Notes: generated by a model not told the origin, from the letters alone. A stretch of DNA of 64,000 nt from Kofleriaceae bacterium (GCA_965215005.1 CBDCCZ010000003.1:256001-320000); one strand, 5' to 3'; shown: positions 1 to 11,663, counted from the first letter of the stretch. Translations and numbers: made by a program.

Positions 1-866
1 CTCGACTCATAGCTGATCTCGGTGAGCTCGCGCTGCATCTCCGCGGCGCGCAGCGGCCGTTTTCCCGGCGCCCGCGCCAGCGCCCGCCATAGCACCTCAT
101 CGAGCCGCGGTGGCAACCCCGCGCGTTGCTCAGACGCCGGCGGAATCGCCATTCTGTGGATGTTGTCGATGATGTCCTCGGCCTCGTCGCCGGGGAACAA
201 CTTCTTGCCGGTGAACAGCTCGTAGAGCACCGCGGCCGCTGAGAACAGATCGGACTGAGTGCTCAGCGTCTCGCCCTGGGTCTGCTCCGGGGACATGTAG
301 CGCCACTTGCCCATGATGCGCCGCTGCCGCGAAGGCCGACCAACCAGCACCGGCTCGGCCGCGGTGGCCGCGACCGCGATGCCAAAGTCGGCAATCTTCA
401 CCTCGCCGGCACGCGACAGCAGGATGTTGGACGGTGAAACATCGCGATGCACCACCCCGTGCTGATGGGCGTAATCCAGACCGCGCATGATCTCGATAGC
501 GATCTGGAACGCTGCCGGCAGCGGAATGGGTTGTCCGCGATCGCGGTAGCGCTTGAGCATCGCCGCCAAATCGAGCCCCGCGACATACTCCATCGCGATG
601 AACAGCGATCCCGCAAAACGGCCGAAATCGAAGACTTGAACGATGTTGGTATGCGTGAGCTGAACCGCCAGCTTGGCCTCGGCGATGAACCGATTTTCAA
701 ACTCTCGATCTTTGGCCAGCTCCGGCAAGATGCGCTTGATCGCCAGCGTTTTCTCGAATCCGTGCGGGCCATACGCCTTGGCCCGATACACCTCGGCCAT
801 GCCGCCAACGGCGACGCGCTCGATCAAGTCGTAGCGTTCGAGGGGCTTGTCACCTGCGGCGGGCAT
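1..866 (-). CDS. Ser/Thr protein kinase (Hanks type), runs off left edge
   Basis: Manual translation from ATG 866: [40 protein letters not shown]. Missing from the ORF track because no stop lies in the window. Confidence 0.93.
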   Translation of the reverse strand, partial: MPAAGDKPLERYDLIERVAVGGMAEVYRAKAYGPHGFEKTLAIKRILPELAKDREFENRFIAEAKLAVQLTHTNIVQVFDFGRFAGSLFIAMEYVAGLDLAAMLKRYRDRGQPIPLPAAFQIAIEIMRGLDYAHQHGVVHRDVSPSNILLSRAGEVKIADFGIAVAATAAEPVLVGRPSRQRRIMGKWRYMSPEQTQGETLSTQSDLFSAAAVLYELFTGKKLFPGDEAEDIIDNIHRMAIPPASEQRAGLPPRLDEVLWRALARAPGKRPLRAAEMQRELTEISYES

Positions 867-886
867 CGCGATAGGTGGGGTATATT

Positions 887-2107
887 ATGAAGGTGGTAAC
901 CCGGATTGTGGCAGTAAGTTTCCGAGGACTTGCTGCGCTCGTCACGATCGTTTCACTGTACGTAGCCACCGCTCACGCGGCCCCGCAGCGAGTCGCCATC
1001 GTCAACATCGCGGCCGACCAGGTCAAGGGCGCAGAGCTTGCCAGTGCGTTGCGCGAGCAGCTGAGGCGCGAATCAACGCTGCGCGCGATTCCCATGGGCG
1101 ACCTCTCGCGGGCCCTCGAGGCGCCGCTGCCGCCCCCACAGCCCACCGAGGAAGCGCTGCGCCAACCCCGCGAGAGCCTGGCTCGTTCCAAGGACGCGCG
1201 GGCGCGATTCGACTTTCCCGGCGCATTTACCGCGCTGCGCAACGGTCAGCGCGCGTTGTTGGCGCTGCCGCCCAGCTCCGCCGTCACCGCGCTCATGGCT
1301 GAGCTCGAATTCGAAGCGGGCCTCGCCCACTTTGGCGCCGGCGATTTGGCTGCGGCTCTGGAAGCATTTCGCGCCGTACGTCGGTTGCATCCCGACCGTG
1401 CGGCGCTCGATCCTGCGCGGTTTCTTCCCGATATCGTCGCGACGTTCGAAGCCGCCGGCGTCGAGCTTGAGCCCTCCGCTGTGCTCTCGGTTTCGTCGCA
1501 GATCGACGGTGAAGCGGTGTATCTCGATGGTCGCTTGGCGGGCACGACGCCGGCGGAGCTCCCCGTGGCGCCCGGAATCCACTACGTCACGGTTCGCTCC
1601 GACGACTATCGCGTCATCGGCTCGCGCGTGGTGCTCGAGGCCGCGGCGAAACGCGAGGCGGAGCTCGGATTCGAGCGCCTCGAGGTCGATGAACGCGCGC
1701 GGGCCGCTCGCGCAGCGATGATCCCTGCGTCGGCCGCTGAGCGTCTCACCCGAGCCGCGGGTCGACTCGCAAGCTTGGTGGGCGCGGACGCGCTGATTCT
1801 CGTCGCCGGCGACGATTCGCTGCGCACGGCGCTGTTCAGCGGCCGACAAAATCGGCTGAGCGGCTGGCGCCCCGCAAGCGGCGTTGCCGCATCGCACCTC
1901 CTCGCACCGCTGCGCCCCGCCACCATGACCACTCTTGCGCTCCCCGACGCGATCGAGGTTCAGCCGGCGCCGCGGCCGTGGTATCGCCGTCGCTGGGTGC
2001 AAGCAACCGCCGCGGGTGGCGTAGTGGTCGCACTTCTCACCGCCGCAGCCTTCGGCTTATCAGCCAAACGAGACGAGATGGCCGTTCCCACGTTCGACCC
2101 TTTCTAA
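887..2107 (+). CDS. PEGA-domain membrane-anchored protein with TPR-like helices
   Basis: N-terminal signal-like segment, PEGA-like VYLDG..GTTP....VAPGIH, myxobacterial PWYRRRW motif before a C-terminal TM helix. Confidence 0.8.
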   Translation: MKVVTRIVAVSFRGLAALVTIVSLYVATAHAAPQRVAIVNIAADQVKGAELASALREQLRRESTLRAIPMGDLSRALEAPLPPPQPTEEALRQPRESLARSKDARARFDFPGAFTALRNGQRALLALPPSSAVTALMAELEFEAGLAHFGAGDLAAALEAFRAVRRLHPDRAALDPARFLPDIVATFEAAGVELEPSAVLSVSSQIDGEAVYLDGRLAGTTPAELPVAPGIHYVTVRSDDYRVIGSRVVLEAAAKREAELGFERLEVDERARAARAAMIPASAAERLTRAAGRLASLVGADALILVAGDDSLRTALFSGRQNRLSGWRPASGVAASHLLAPLRPATMTTLALPDAIEVQPAPRPWYRRRWVQATAAGGVVVALLTAAAFGLSAKRDEMAVPTFDPF

Positions 2108-2114
2108 CCCGCCA

Positions 2115-3305
2115 ATGACGCGCGCTTCGCTGCTTTCCATAGTCGCGCTCGCGGCCTGCTCCGATAGCGCCGCGCCGAGCTTCTCGATTGGCCTCGACTT
2201 CGACTCCACGAGCTGCGCGCGGGACAGCTGCGATGGCTACGCGATGTCGTGCGGCGCTCGGCTCAGCATTCGCATCGTCGATGCCAACGCCACGAGCGAT
2301 GCTCCTTACACGAGCCAATGCGTCGAGCTCGAAGGCGACACTTTGTGCTCCTTGGACCAGCTCGATGTCGAGCTGGGCTCGGTCCCGGTGGGCCGTGCAC
2401 GCATTGAGGTTGCACTGTGGGATCCGGCTCAGATCGGCCCCTCGTGCCCCGACGAGGATATCTTCACAGTGGGTAACGACGCCCGACCACGAGCCGATTT
2501 CCTCCCCAATCCCGCGTTTGGTGGCGCCAGCTACGTCGATGTCGGCAGCGCCACCGAGGTTCGCGTGTTGCTGCATTGCGACGACGCTCTGCAGCTCGAC
2601 GCGCCCGAGTGTCGCGACGCAACCACGGTGTCGGCTGGTGTTCAAGACCTCACCACGGGGCTGTTCGTGGTTCCCGAAGAGGCAATCGATCTATTGGTGT
2701 CGGTGGGTGAGCCGCGCACTCGCCCCACGGGTGCAGGCGAGGTGGAGTGGGTGCTAGAGCCGGGCGATACCACGCCGCTCGACATCGAGACGCTCGAGCC
2801 GGTGCCGCAGTGGATGGGTGAAGCACCGCGGCGCTTTGGTCGCGCTGCGTGCATCGTCGTGCTCGGCAATGAACCGCAAGCGACGCGGACGGTAACCTGC
2901 TCGCCCGCCGAAGAGATGCGCCCGCAGCTCGATTTGCAGGGCTATCTGTTGCCCAAGGCACGCCTGGACGAAATTCTCGCCGCCGCCGAGCTAACGACGT
3001 TTCCGCAGCAAGGGCTGGTGATAGGTCGCGTCGTCGACGAGCTCGGAGCGCCCGCGGCAGGCGTGACATTGGTGCCCGAGCAGGGCAGCGTGCAGTACCT
3101 TTCCGAAGACGGCACCACGTTTCTCGGCCGCGACCGTACCTCGTCAAATGGCTACTTCATCTCGCGCGACGCGCCGTTTGCAACGCGATGGCGGGCCTTC
3201 TTAGGCGCAACGCCCGCCGAAAGCGGCGAGTTTCGCGCCGGTCTGATCGCGGGCAAAGCGAGTGTGCTCGAGATTCGTCTCAAAGAGCCCCTCGCGCTGC
3301 CGTAG
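2115..3305 (+). CDS. Putative Cys-rich lipoprotein with C-terminal carboxypeptidase-regulatory-like fold
   Basis: Lipobox LAAC; GRVVDELGAPAAGV motif; 7 nt after the upstream gene. Confidence 0.7.
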   Translation: MTRASLLSIVALAACSDSAAPSFSIGLDFDSTSCARDSCDGYAMSCGARLSIRIVDANATSDAPYTSQCVELEGDTLCSLDQLDVELGSVPVGRARIEVALWDPAQIGPSCPDEDIFTVGNDARPRADFLPNPAFGGASYVDVGSATEVRVLLHCDDALQLDAPECRDATTVSAGVQDLTTGLFVVPEEAIDLLVSVGEPRTRPTGAGEVEWVLEPGDTTPLDIETLEPVPQWMGEAPRRFGRAACIVVLGNEPQATRTVTCSPAEEMRPQLDLQGYLLPKARLDEILAAAELTTFPQQGLVIGRVVDELGAPAAGVTLVPEQGSVQYLSEDGTTFLGRDRTSSNGYFISRDAPFATRWRAFLGATPAESGEFRAGLIAGKASVLEIRLKEPLALP

Positions 3306-3363
3306 CCGTGGCCGGCTGCGCGGTTCGATAGCTCTACGTCGCGGCGGTCGCTATCATATCCTG

Positions 3364-4170
3364 ATGAGCCATCGACTCCTCGCCGTGCTGCGACGGCCCG
3401 AGATCCTCGTGGCGGTCGTTAGCCAGCGCCGCGCCGACTTCGAGCGAGTGTCGCGTACCGACGTGGATCCCTACATCGAGCGCGCCGTGCCGCTGGCGCA
3501 AACGCCGGAGTCGATCTGCCCGTGGCGCGATAAAGACGTCAAAGCCTGGCGCGCGCTCGGCAGCGTTGGCCAGCTCAACAGCCGCGCAGCGCTCGCCATC
3601 GTTCGCACTCTGATCGGCTCGGTCGCCTGGCCTATCATCGACATCGTCCCTGCGCCACTGGCGAGCGCGCAGCGCGGCGTGCTCGATCTGCGTCCGCTGC
3701 TGTGTCATCCAAGCGGCGAGCAGCAGCTCATCGAGCAGATGCGCAGCGTGCTCGATGCGCTCACAGCAGACGATGCCACCGAGTTTCCCAGCTGGCATTG
3801 GAGCCGCCGTCTCGAGTTAGCCGCCCTTCCCGCCGAGTTTCGCCGCCTCTTCTTGTGGGGTCTGCACCTCTCGTCTTGGCGCCAACTCGAGCTCACGCTC
3901 GCCGCATTCGATGCCCTGGAGCTCGACCAAGCGCCGCCGCTGCGCCGCGCAGTCGCCCGGCTGTTGTCCATGGCCCCGCGCGATGTCGGCCTCGCATGGT
4001 GCGGTGTGCTCGCCGAGCTGCAGCCCGGCGCACGAACCCGCGGCGCTGAGCTCATCCTCGAATCTGGTGCCGTCGCCATGATGCCTACCGAAGCAGCCGC
4101 GGCTGCCTTGGAGCGCGCTGCGCATCACGGCGCCGACGCCCCTGCCGAGCTGGTCGCGCTGTCGTCGTAA
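3364..4170 (+). CDS. Hypothetical protein
   Basis: Long ORF with GC3 codon bias; start chosen at ATG 3364, 6 nt after TATCAT. Confidence 0.6.
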   Translation: MSHRLLAVLRRPEILVAVVSQRRADFERVSRTDVDPYIERAVPLAQTPESICPWRDKDVKAWRALGSVGQLNSRAALAIVRTLIGSVAWPIIDIVPAPLASAQRGVLDLRPLLCHPSGEQQLIEQMRSVLDALTADDATEFPSWHWSRRLELAALPAEFRRLFLWGLHLSSWRQLELTLAAFDALELDQAPPLRRAVARLLSMAPRDVGLAWCGVLAELQPGARTRGAELILESGAVAMMPTEAAAAALERAAHHGADAPAELVALSS

Positions 4171-4179
4171 CAGGCGCTT

Positions 4180-5598
<1,419 letters not shown>

Positions 5599-5652
5599 CG
5601 ATCAGCGAGACTAACACACCAAATCCAGTGCTATGCTGCGCAGGAAAGGGTT

Positions 5653-6768
5653 ATGGGAATGAGTCAGCAGTTGCCAGAATGCCTTGCACGTCTCGATGAG
5701 ATGGATGCCGTTTGGGGAGAATCGTGTCCCGGTGCGCGCTTGGCGATGATTCGCCCCGCTGGTCGAGCACTGCGCAAGCGACTCGTCCATGATGGAGCGG
5801 CAATCGCAGTGCGAACGGCCGAGCTCGTCACCTTTCCCTATCCCACGCGCTATGGCTTGGAAGGCGTTGCCGCCTCGCCGGCGCCCTACGTGATGATGAC
5901 CAACCGCGTTCAGCTGGTGCAGGTGAGCTGGCAAGGCGAGCTCATCAACGTCCTCATCAACCCCTCCGATCCAGAGCGCTCGCTGGCGGCGCCGTTCTTT
6001 GCGCGACAGCTCGAGCGCTATGGGCAGCTCCTCACGCGCCGCGTGCTCTCCAAGCAACACGGTACCGTGCGGGATGCGCTCGCGCTTTGGGGCGTGGCGC
6101 CCGAGGAGATCGATTACATCACGTTCGATCACCTCCACGTGCAAGACGTCCGCGGACTGCTCGGCACCAGCGAACCCGAGCCCGGCAACACCGAGCCGAC
6201 ACCGCCACTATTGCCCAATGCACGGCTGCTCGCACAAGCGAGTGAGCTGCAGACCTTTGCCCGACTGCATCCGCTGCAGCACACCTGGTACGTCGCCGAT
6301 GGCTTGCGCGGCGTCTCACATGACAAGATCATCGCTCTCGATGGCGACTACGCTCTCGGCGCAGGCCTTGCGCTGGTGCGGACGCCCGGTCACACGCGCG
6401 GCAATCACAGTCCCACGGTCGTCACCGATCGAGGGGTTTGGACGATCAGCGAGAACGGCATCGCGGTAGACGCCTATGCCCCCGAATCGAGCGCGATAGC
6501 GGGGCTGCGACGCCACGCTCGGCAAACTGGCGTAGAGGTAATCCTCAATGCCAACACCCGCGAGAACACGCTGGATCAATACAGCTCGATGGTGCTCGAG
6601 AAGACGCTGGCAGATCCGTCGGTAGAGCGGCCCGAGTTCCCGCAGTGCTTTCCTTCCTCCGAGCTCACGCGCAGCGCGCTCGCGCCGGGTCTTGCACCTA
6701 CCTACAGCCACGGTCACATCACCCACGGCACGCTACAACAAGCTCGACGCACTTCTTCAGCGGCGTAG
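5653..6768 (+). CDS. Metallo-beta-lactamase-fold protein with variant metal motif
   Basis: IDYITFDHLHVQD and TPGHTRGNHS motifs. Confidence 0.7.
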   Translation: MGMSQQLPECLARLDEMDAVWGESCPGARLAMIRPAGRALRKRLVHDGAAIAVRTAELVTFPYPTRYGLEGVAASPAPYVMMTNRVQLVQVSWQGELINVLINPSDPERSLAAPFFARQLERYGQLLTRRVLSKQHGTVRDALALWGVAPEEIDYITFDHLHVQDVRGLLGTSEPEPGNTEPTPPLLPNARLLAQASELQTFARLHPLQHTWYVADGLRGVSHDKIIALDGDYALGAGLALVRTPGHTRGNHSPTVVTDRGVWTISENGIAVDAYAPESSAIAGLRRHARQTGVEVILNANTRENTLDQYSSMVLEKTLADPSVERPEFPQCFPSSELTRSALAPGLAPTYSHGHITHGTLQQARRTSSAA

Positions 6769-6855
6769 CCTCTCAACCTCGCGAGTCACCGCATCGCTGC
6801 CGGCAGCCGGCTCATCCTGCATACTAGCTAGGATGGCCGCGCGGGCCTCGACTCA

Positions 6856-8499
6856 ATGGATCGACGCGTAAAGGTATTTCTTCCGGTGCTGGCTGCGGTG
6901 ACGCTGCTCATCGTTAGCACCTACCTAGCCATCGTTTCATCAGCGGCAGTCGAGCGCTTCATGCCAGCGCTCAACGATCCAACACCGCCACTTGCCGCCG
7001 AACCTGCGGTGCTCGAGCCGGCGTCGGCGCCGCTCGCCCAGCGCGTCGTGTTGGTGATCATCGATGGGCTACGACTCACGGAGTCGTATCGGTTGCCGCT
7101 CCTCGACGCGCTTCGCCGCCGCGGCGTCGATACCAGCGCCCAGTCGCACTATCCGACCATCTCCAGACCCAACTACGTCACCATCCTCACCGGCGTGCCG
7201 CCGATTCTCTCCGGCGTACGCAACAACTTCTATTCGCAGCCGGTGCTGCTCGACTCGCTCATGGACCGAGCGGCAGCGACCGGTCGCGGCTCGGCCTTCG
7301 TGGGCGACGCGAGCCACGGTCCCGCGGAAATGTTTCGTGCACGCGCGGCCAACGGCCACTGGCGAGATGACTTCAATGAGGCGCTTTTTACACCGTGGGA
7401 CGGCGGCTTCGTCACCGCGGCACAACACTTGGCTGCAGGCACGAGCGCGCTCGTGGTGATGCTGCCAGGCGCGGTGGACATCGCTGGTCACGCCCGCGGC
7501 GCCGCTTCCGAGGACTATCGCGCCGCCGCTCGCCAGGTGGATGCGCAGCTCGCCGATGCGCTCGCTGGCCTCGATTTCTCGCGCGATGCCGTCATCATCA
7601 CCGCCGATCACGGCCACACCAATCGCGGCGGTCATGGCGGGGTCGAGCCGCAGGTTCTCGAAGTTCCTCTGGTGCTGGCCGGCGCGGGCATTCGCCCAGG
7701 CGCCGCGGTGGTGGGCGCCGAGCTCATCGATATCGCGCCCACTGTCGCGGCGCTGCTCGGTGTTCCGGCTCCTGGACACGGTGTTGGCCGCACCCTCACC
7801 CGCGCGCTTCAGCTCACCGAGCAAGCAGCGGCCCGCATCGAGGCCGCTGACTCGCGTCGCATCGCGAGGAATCTCGCCGTGGCCGACGCCGCTCGAGACG
7901 CGAGCGCAAAACTCGCCAGCAGCGTACGCGTCAAACGTCTGGCGTGGGCCGCTGTGCTCATCGGCCTAGTGATCGTGGCGATCCTTCTCGCGCGACGACT
8001 CGGCGCGCTGTTCATCGACTGGCGGGTCATTCTCATCGCATTGCCGGCGTTCCCACTCACGTACTACGCCTTGCTGGGAATCTTTGGGCAGCAGTACTCA
8101 CCATCGTTCATCCCGATGCCCGGCCGACTCCTCGACAAGCTGCTTCGGTTTGGCCTCATCTCTACCGGCGTCACCGCAATTGCCTGTTGGATAGCGCTGC
8201 ACGGTCGCGTCGTCTTGGCCAAGCGACTGGCGGCCGCCAACGGTCTTGTCGCCTGTGGCTTGGTCACCGCGCTCATTCCAGCCGCCATTGCGTGGATTTC
8301 GCTTCCCACGTCTATCCTGCAGGTTCCCCGACCAGCGCTCTTCATGCTAGTTCCGGCGACCTACGTGGCGGTTGCCTGCTACGCGATCTCGGTGACCGTT
8401 AGCCTAGGGCTCGAGCTCATCGTTTTCTTCGCCCGCGCTGTCGACCCGCGCCTTCACCGCTTCACTCGCTCACGCTGGCGCCGCGACACCTGGCCTTAG
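6856..8499 (+). CDS. Alkaline phosphatase/phosphodiesterase-superfamily membrane protein
   Basis: LVIIDGLR, PTISRPNY, VDIAGH and TADHG motifs; multiple C-terminal TM helices. Confidence 0.85.
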   Translation: MDRRVKVFLPVLAAVTLLIVSTYLAIVSSAAVERFMPALNDPTPPLAAEPAVLEPASAPLAQRVVLVIIDGLRLTESYRLPLLDALRRRGVDTSAQSHYPTISRPNYVTILTGVPPILSGVRNNFYSQPVLLDSLMDRAAATGRGSAFVGDASHGPAEMFRARAANGHWRDDFNEALFTPWDGGFVTAAQHLAAGTSALVVMLPGAVDIAGHARGAASEDYRAAARQVDAQLADALAGLDFSRDAVIITADHGHTNRGGHGGVEPQVLEVPLVLAGAGIRPGAAVVGAELIDIAPTVAALLGVPAPGHGVGRTLTRALQLTEQAAARIEAADSRRIARNLAVADAARDASAKLASSVRVKRLAWAAVLIGLVIVAILLARRLGALFIDWRVILIALPAFPLTYYALLGIFGQQYSPSFIPMPGRLLDKLLRFGLISTGVTAIACWIALHGRVVLAKRLAAANGLVACGLVTALIPAAIAWISLPTSILQVPRPALFMLVPATYVAVACYAISVTVSLGLELIVFFARAVDPRLHRFTRSRWRRDTWP

Positions 8500-8656
8500 T
8501 CGGCGCTCCGAAACAAATGATCCGTTCTAGGCGACTGTGCATCCGTGCTGGCGGCGTTGCTCTTCGGTCGTTGGGGATGACCCAACTCCCTCAGAGCGCC
8601 TTGCCAGCCCGGCGCACAGACGCCGATCTCCTGACCATTTATTCCTGCGCGCCTCC
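8499..8656. mobile_element. Palindromic MITE-like element, full-length copy (158 bp)
   Basis: Imperfect 24-bp terminal inverted repeats (17/24), nested internal inverted repeats, flanking TTA duplication (8496-8498, 8657-8659), second copy at 38951-39027. Confidence 0.75.
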
Positions 8657-8731
8657 TTAGCCCGGTTGAGCTTCGTCGGCTTGCTCGCCAGCGAGCTTCC
8701 GTGAGAGGTTGCTGCTCTCTCGAGGTGGCCG

Positions 8732-11281
8732 ATGCAGCGTGAATTTGCTCTCCCTGGAACTCGTGCGCGGTATCCGCGCGACCGCTCCTTCGATATCGAA
8801 CACATCGATCTCGATCTCGAGCTCGACCTCGAAGCCCGCACGGTGTCGGGCCGCTGCTCGCTTACTGTCACACCGCTTGCCGATGGCGCGCGATGGCTCG
8901 AGCTCGACGCCGTCGAGCTCGACATCCATACGGTGCGCTGTGGCAGCGAAGATCATCACTTTCGCCACGACGGACTGCTGCTGCGCGTCGATGTCGGGGA
9001 GCATCGACCGGGGGGCCAGTCCTTCACCCTCGACGTGACCTACAGCGGGCGGCCGCGGCGCGGGCTCTACTTCATCCATCCCGACGAAGGCTATCCCCAT
9101 AAGCCGGTCCAGGTTTGGAGCCAAGGGCAAGACGAGGACTCGCGCTACTGGTTTCCCTGCTTCGACTCGCCCAACGAGAAAGCCACCAGCGAAGTTCGAG
9201 TCACCCTTCCCGCTGAGTTGTTCGCGTTGTCCAACGGCACCCTGCAAAGCGACACCACTGAGGGTGATCGGCGGACGCTGCACTGGCGTTTCGACGTTCC
9301 GCACTCGTGTTACCTCATCACGCTAGTCGCTGGTCACTTCAGTGAACAAACGGATCGCTGGAATGAGGTCGAGCTTGCCTACTACGTCGAGCGCGGCCGG
9401 GAAGAAGCGTGTCAACGCACCGTGGCGCGAACGCCGCAGATGCTCGAGCTGTTCTCGGATCTGTTCGGAGTTCGCTATCCATATCGGCGCTACTCGCAGG
9501 TGTTCGTCGCCGACTTCATCTTCGGCGGCATGGAGAACACCACCGCCACCACATTGGCCGACGTGGTGCTGCTCGATGAACGCGCCACTATCGACTTCGA
9601 CATGGACTCGCTCATCGCTCACGAGCTAGCCCACCAGTGGTTTGGCGATCTCATCACCTGCCGCGATTGGAGCGAAGGCTGGCTCAACGAAGGCTTTGCT
9701 ACCTACGCTGAATACCTCTGGCGTTACCACCATGAAGGCGCCGACGCGGCCGCCGTCGAGCTGCAGAGCTTCGCCGATCACTACTTTGGCGAAGACTCTT
9801 CGCGCTATCGCCGGGTCTTAGCCACCAAACACTACGACGACCCAATTGATATCTTCGACGCTCATCTTTACGAGAAGGGCGCGCGGGTGCTCCACATGCT
9901 CCGCCGCGAGCTCGGCGATGAAGCCTTCTGGGATGCGATTCGCCACTACTTGACAAAACATCGCGGCGGCTCGGTCGAGACCCGCGATCTGCTCAGAGCC
10001 ATTGAAGACGCCACTGGCCGCGCGCTCGACTGGTTCTTCGAGCAATGGGTCACCGAGAGTCACGGTCACCCGGAGCTGACGGTGGATTTTCGCTGGGACC
10101 CCGAAGCTCGGCTTGGCGAGCTGACAGTGTCGCAGACGCAAAAGGTCGAGGGCCGCACACCGCTGTTTCGGCTGCCCACGCAGCTGCGATTTCGTACCGC
10201 GGCGGGCGATGTCGAGCTGCCGCTCGAGGTTGTCGAGCAGACGCAGACGTTTTTCTTGCCACTCTTCGATGAGCCGCAACAGGCAATTTTCGACCCTGGA
10301 AAGCACCTTCTTGCCCACGTGGTCACGACCAAGTCGCTGCCGCTTTGGATCGCTGAGCTCGGCAACGCCACGGAAGCCATCGACCGAGCCCACGCCGCCA
10401 CCGCCCTCGGCAAGCTCGGAGGACCTCGTGCCGAAGCTGCGCTGGTCGCGGCAATGACCTCAGATGACTTCTGGGCCGTCCGCGCCGCCGCCGCGGAGGC
10501 GCTCAGCCGGGTTCGCACGCCGACCGCGCGCGACGCATTGATCGCCGCTCTCGGCGCCACCCAACATCCCAAAGCGCGCCGCGGAGTCGCCCGCGCCCTC
10601 GGCGCATTTCGCCACGATGAGCGTGCGGCGGCGGCACTCGCCAGCGCCCTAGCCCACGGCGATTCGAGCTACTTCGTCGAAGCCGAGTTGTGCATTTCGC
10701 TCGGCAAGACGCGCAGCCCGCGCGCCGCCGAGCTTCTACGCGCCGCCAGCAATCGCGAATCATTCACCGATGTCATCCGCAGCAGCGCCTACCGCGGCCT
10801 TGCCGAAGCTCGCGACGACAGTGCCATCGAGCTGCTGATCGACGCGAGCCGTTATGGTCGCAATGCCCCTCACGGCCGCCGAGCCGCCATCTCCGCACTT
10901 GCGCAGCTGGTCCGCGGGCGGCGCGATCACGCCGCGGTAGTGGTGCGTGAGCACGTCGAAGAGCTGCTCCATGACGCCGACTTCCGCGTTCAAGCCGCCG
11001 CCATCGAAGCACTCGCCACCATCGGCGATCCAGCCGCCGCGCCGGCAATCAACGCACTCATCGCGCGCGCTCTCGACGGCCGACTACGCCGCCGCGGACG
11101 CGAAGTCGTGCGCGACCTGGACGCTGCACAACCCGCTGGCGAGCAGCTCCAAACCGTGCGTGATCACCTCGAAACCATGCAGACGGAGCTCCGGCAAGTG
11201 CGCGAACGCATGGCACGCGCCGAAGCCGAGCTCGAGCAGCTGCGCCGCAGAAAATCAAAGAAGAAGAAGAGCAAGAAGTAA
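8732..11281 (+). CDS. pepN: M1 family aminopeptidase with C-terminal HEAT repeats and coiled coil
   Basis: GGMEN, HELAH...WLNEG and YEKG motifs; HEAT-like repeats; Lys-rich tail. Confidence 0.93.
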   Translation: MQREFALPGTRARYPRDRSFDIEHIDLDLELDLEARTVSGRCSLTVTPLADGARWLELDAVELDIHTVRCGSEDHHFRHDGLLLRVDVGEHRPGGQSFTLDVTYSGRPRRGLYFIHPDEGYPHKPVQVWSQGQDEDSRYWFPCFDSPNEKATSEVRVTLPAELFALSNGTLQSDTTEGDRRTLHWRFDVPHSCYLITLVAGHFSEQTDRWNEVELAYYVERGREEACQRTVARTPQMLELFSDLFGVRYPYRRYSQVFVADFIFGGMENTTATTLADVVLLDERATIDFDMDSLIAHELAHQWFGDLITCRDWSEGWLNEGFATYAEYLWRYHHEGADAAAVELQSFADHYFGEDSSRYRRVLATKHYDDPIDIFDAHLYEKGARVLHMLRRELGDEAFWDAIRHYLTKHRGGSVETRDLLRAIEDATGRALDWFFEQWVTESHGHPELTVDFRWDPEARLGELTVSQTQKVEGRTPLFRLPTQLRFRTAAGDVELPLEVVEQTQTFFLPLFDEPQQAIFDPGKHLLAHVVTTKSLPLWIAELGNATEAIDRAHAATALGKLGGPRAEAALVAAMTSDDFWAVRAAAAEALSRVRTPTARDALIAALGATQHPKARRGVARALGAFRHDERAAAALASALAHGDSSYFVEAELCISLGKTRSPRAAELLRAASNRESFTDVIRSSAYRGLAEARDDSAIELLIDASRYGRNAPHGRRAAISALAQLVRGRRDHAAVVVREHVEELLHDADFRVQAAAIEALATIGDPAAAPAINALIARALDGRLRRRGREVVRDLDAAQPAGEQLQTVRDHLETMQTELRQVRERMARAEAELEQLRRRKSKKKKSKK

Positions 11282-11325
11282 CGCTGGCACGTGCTTCGCG
11301 AAGTAGCGCTGGCACGCGCTTCGCA
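11276..11325 (+). promoter_or_regulatory. 25-bp tandem duplication, each unit holding a sigma54 -24/-12 motif
   Basis: AAGTAACGCTGGCACGTGCTTCGCG / AAGTAGCGCTGGCACGCGCTTCGCA (22/25 identical); TGGCACG-N4-TCGC at 11285-11299 and 11310-11324 with GG-N10-GC spacing. Confidence 0.65.
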
Positions 11326-11337
11326 AAGACGACGGCA

Positions 11338-11505
11338 ATGGACATCCTTCGGATCATCATCGCCATCCTCTTGCCGCCACTGGGCGTCTTCATGCAGGAG
11401 CGCCTCAGCAAACATTTTTGGCTCAACGTCCTGCTGACCCTGCTCGGCTACATCCCCGGCATCATCCACGCCGTCTACGTCATCTTGAAATACGAGCGCC
11501 GCTAG
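11338..11505 (+). CDS. yqaE: YqaE/Pmp3 family small membrane protein (55 aa)
   Basis: Manual translation MDILRIIIAILLPPLGVF...FWLNVLLTLLGYIPGIIHAVYVILKYERR; too short for the ORF track. Confidence 0.93.
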   Translation: MDILRIIIAILLPPLGVFMQERLSKHFWLNVLLTLLGYIPGIIHAVYVILKYERR

Positions 11506-11663
11506 TCCCGTCAACACCGCGGGGTTTCCGGAAATCGTGCACCGATCGAGCCGGATTGCTACAGCCGCGATTTCGGTGCCTCGCAACTCGCGACGGCCAA
11601 GGCTTCCTCGTCACTTGTGAAGCTATACCGCCGACGCGCACGATCGCGAGACGACAGCGACAC

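Noticed and set aside
8499..8656. 6S RNA, SRP RNA or lysine riboswitch reading of the long hairpin
   Set aside because: No SRP GGAA-loop motif, central bubble small for 6S, no riboswitch multi-stem layout; a second deleted copy with target duplication favours a mobile repeat. An Rfam scan is still needed.
11276..11325. CRISPR-like repeat
   Set aside because: Only two directly adjacent units, no spacers and no cas genes.
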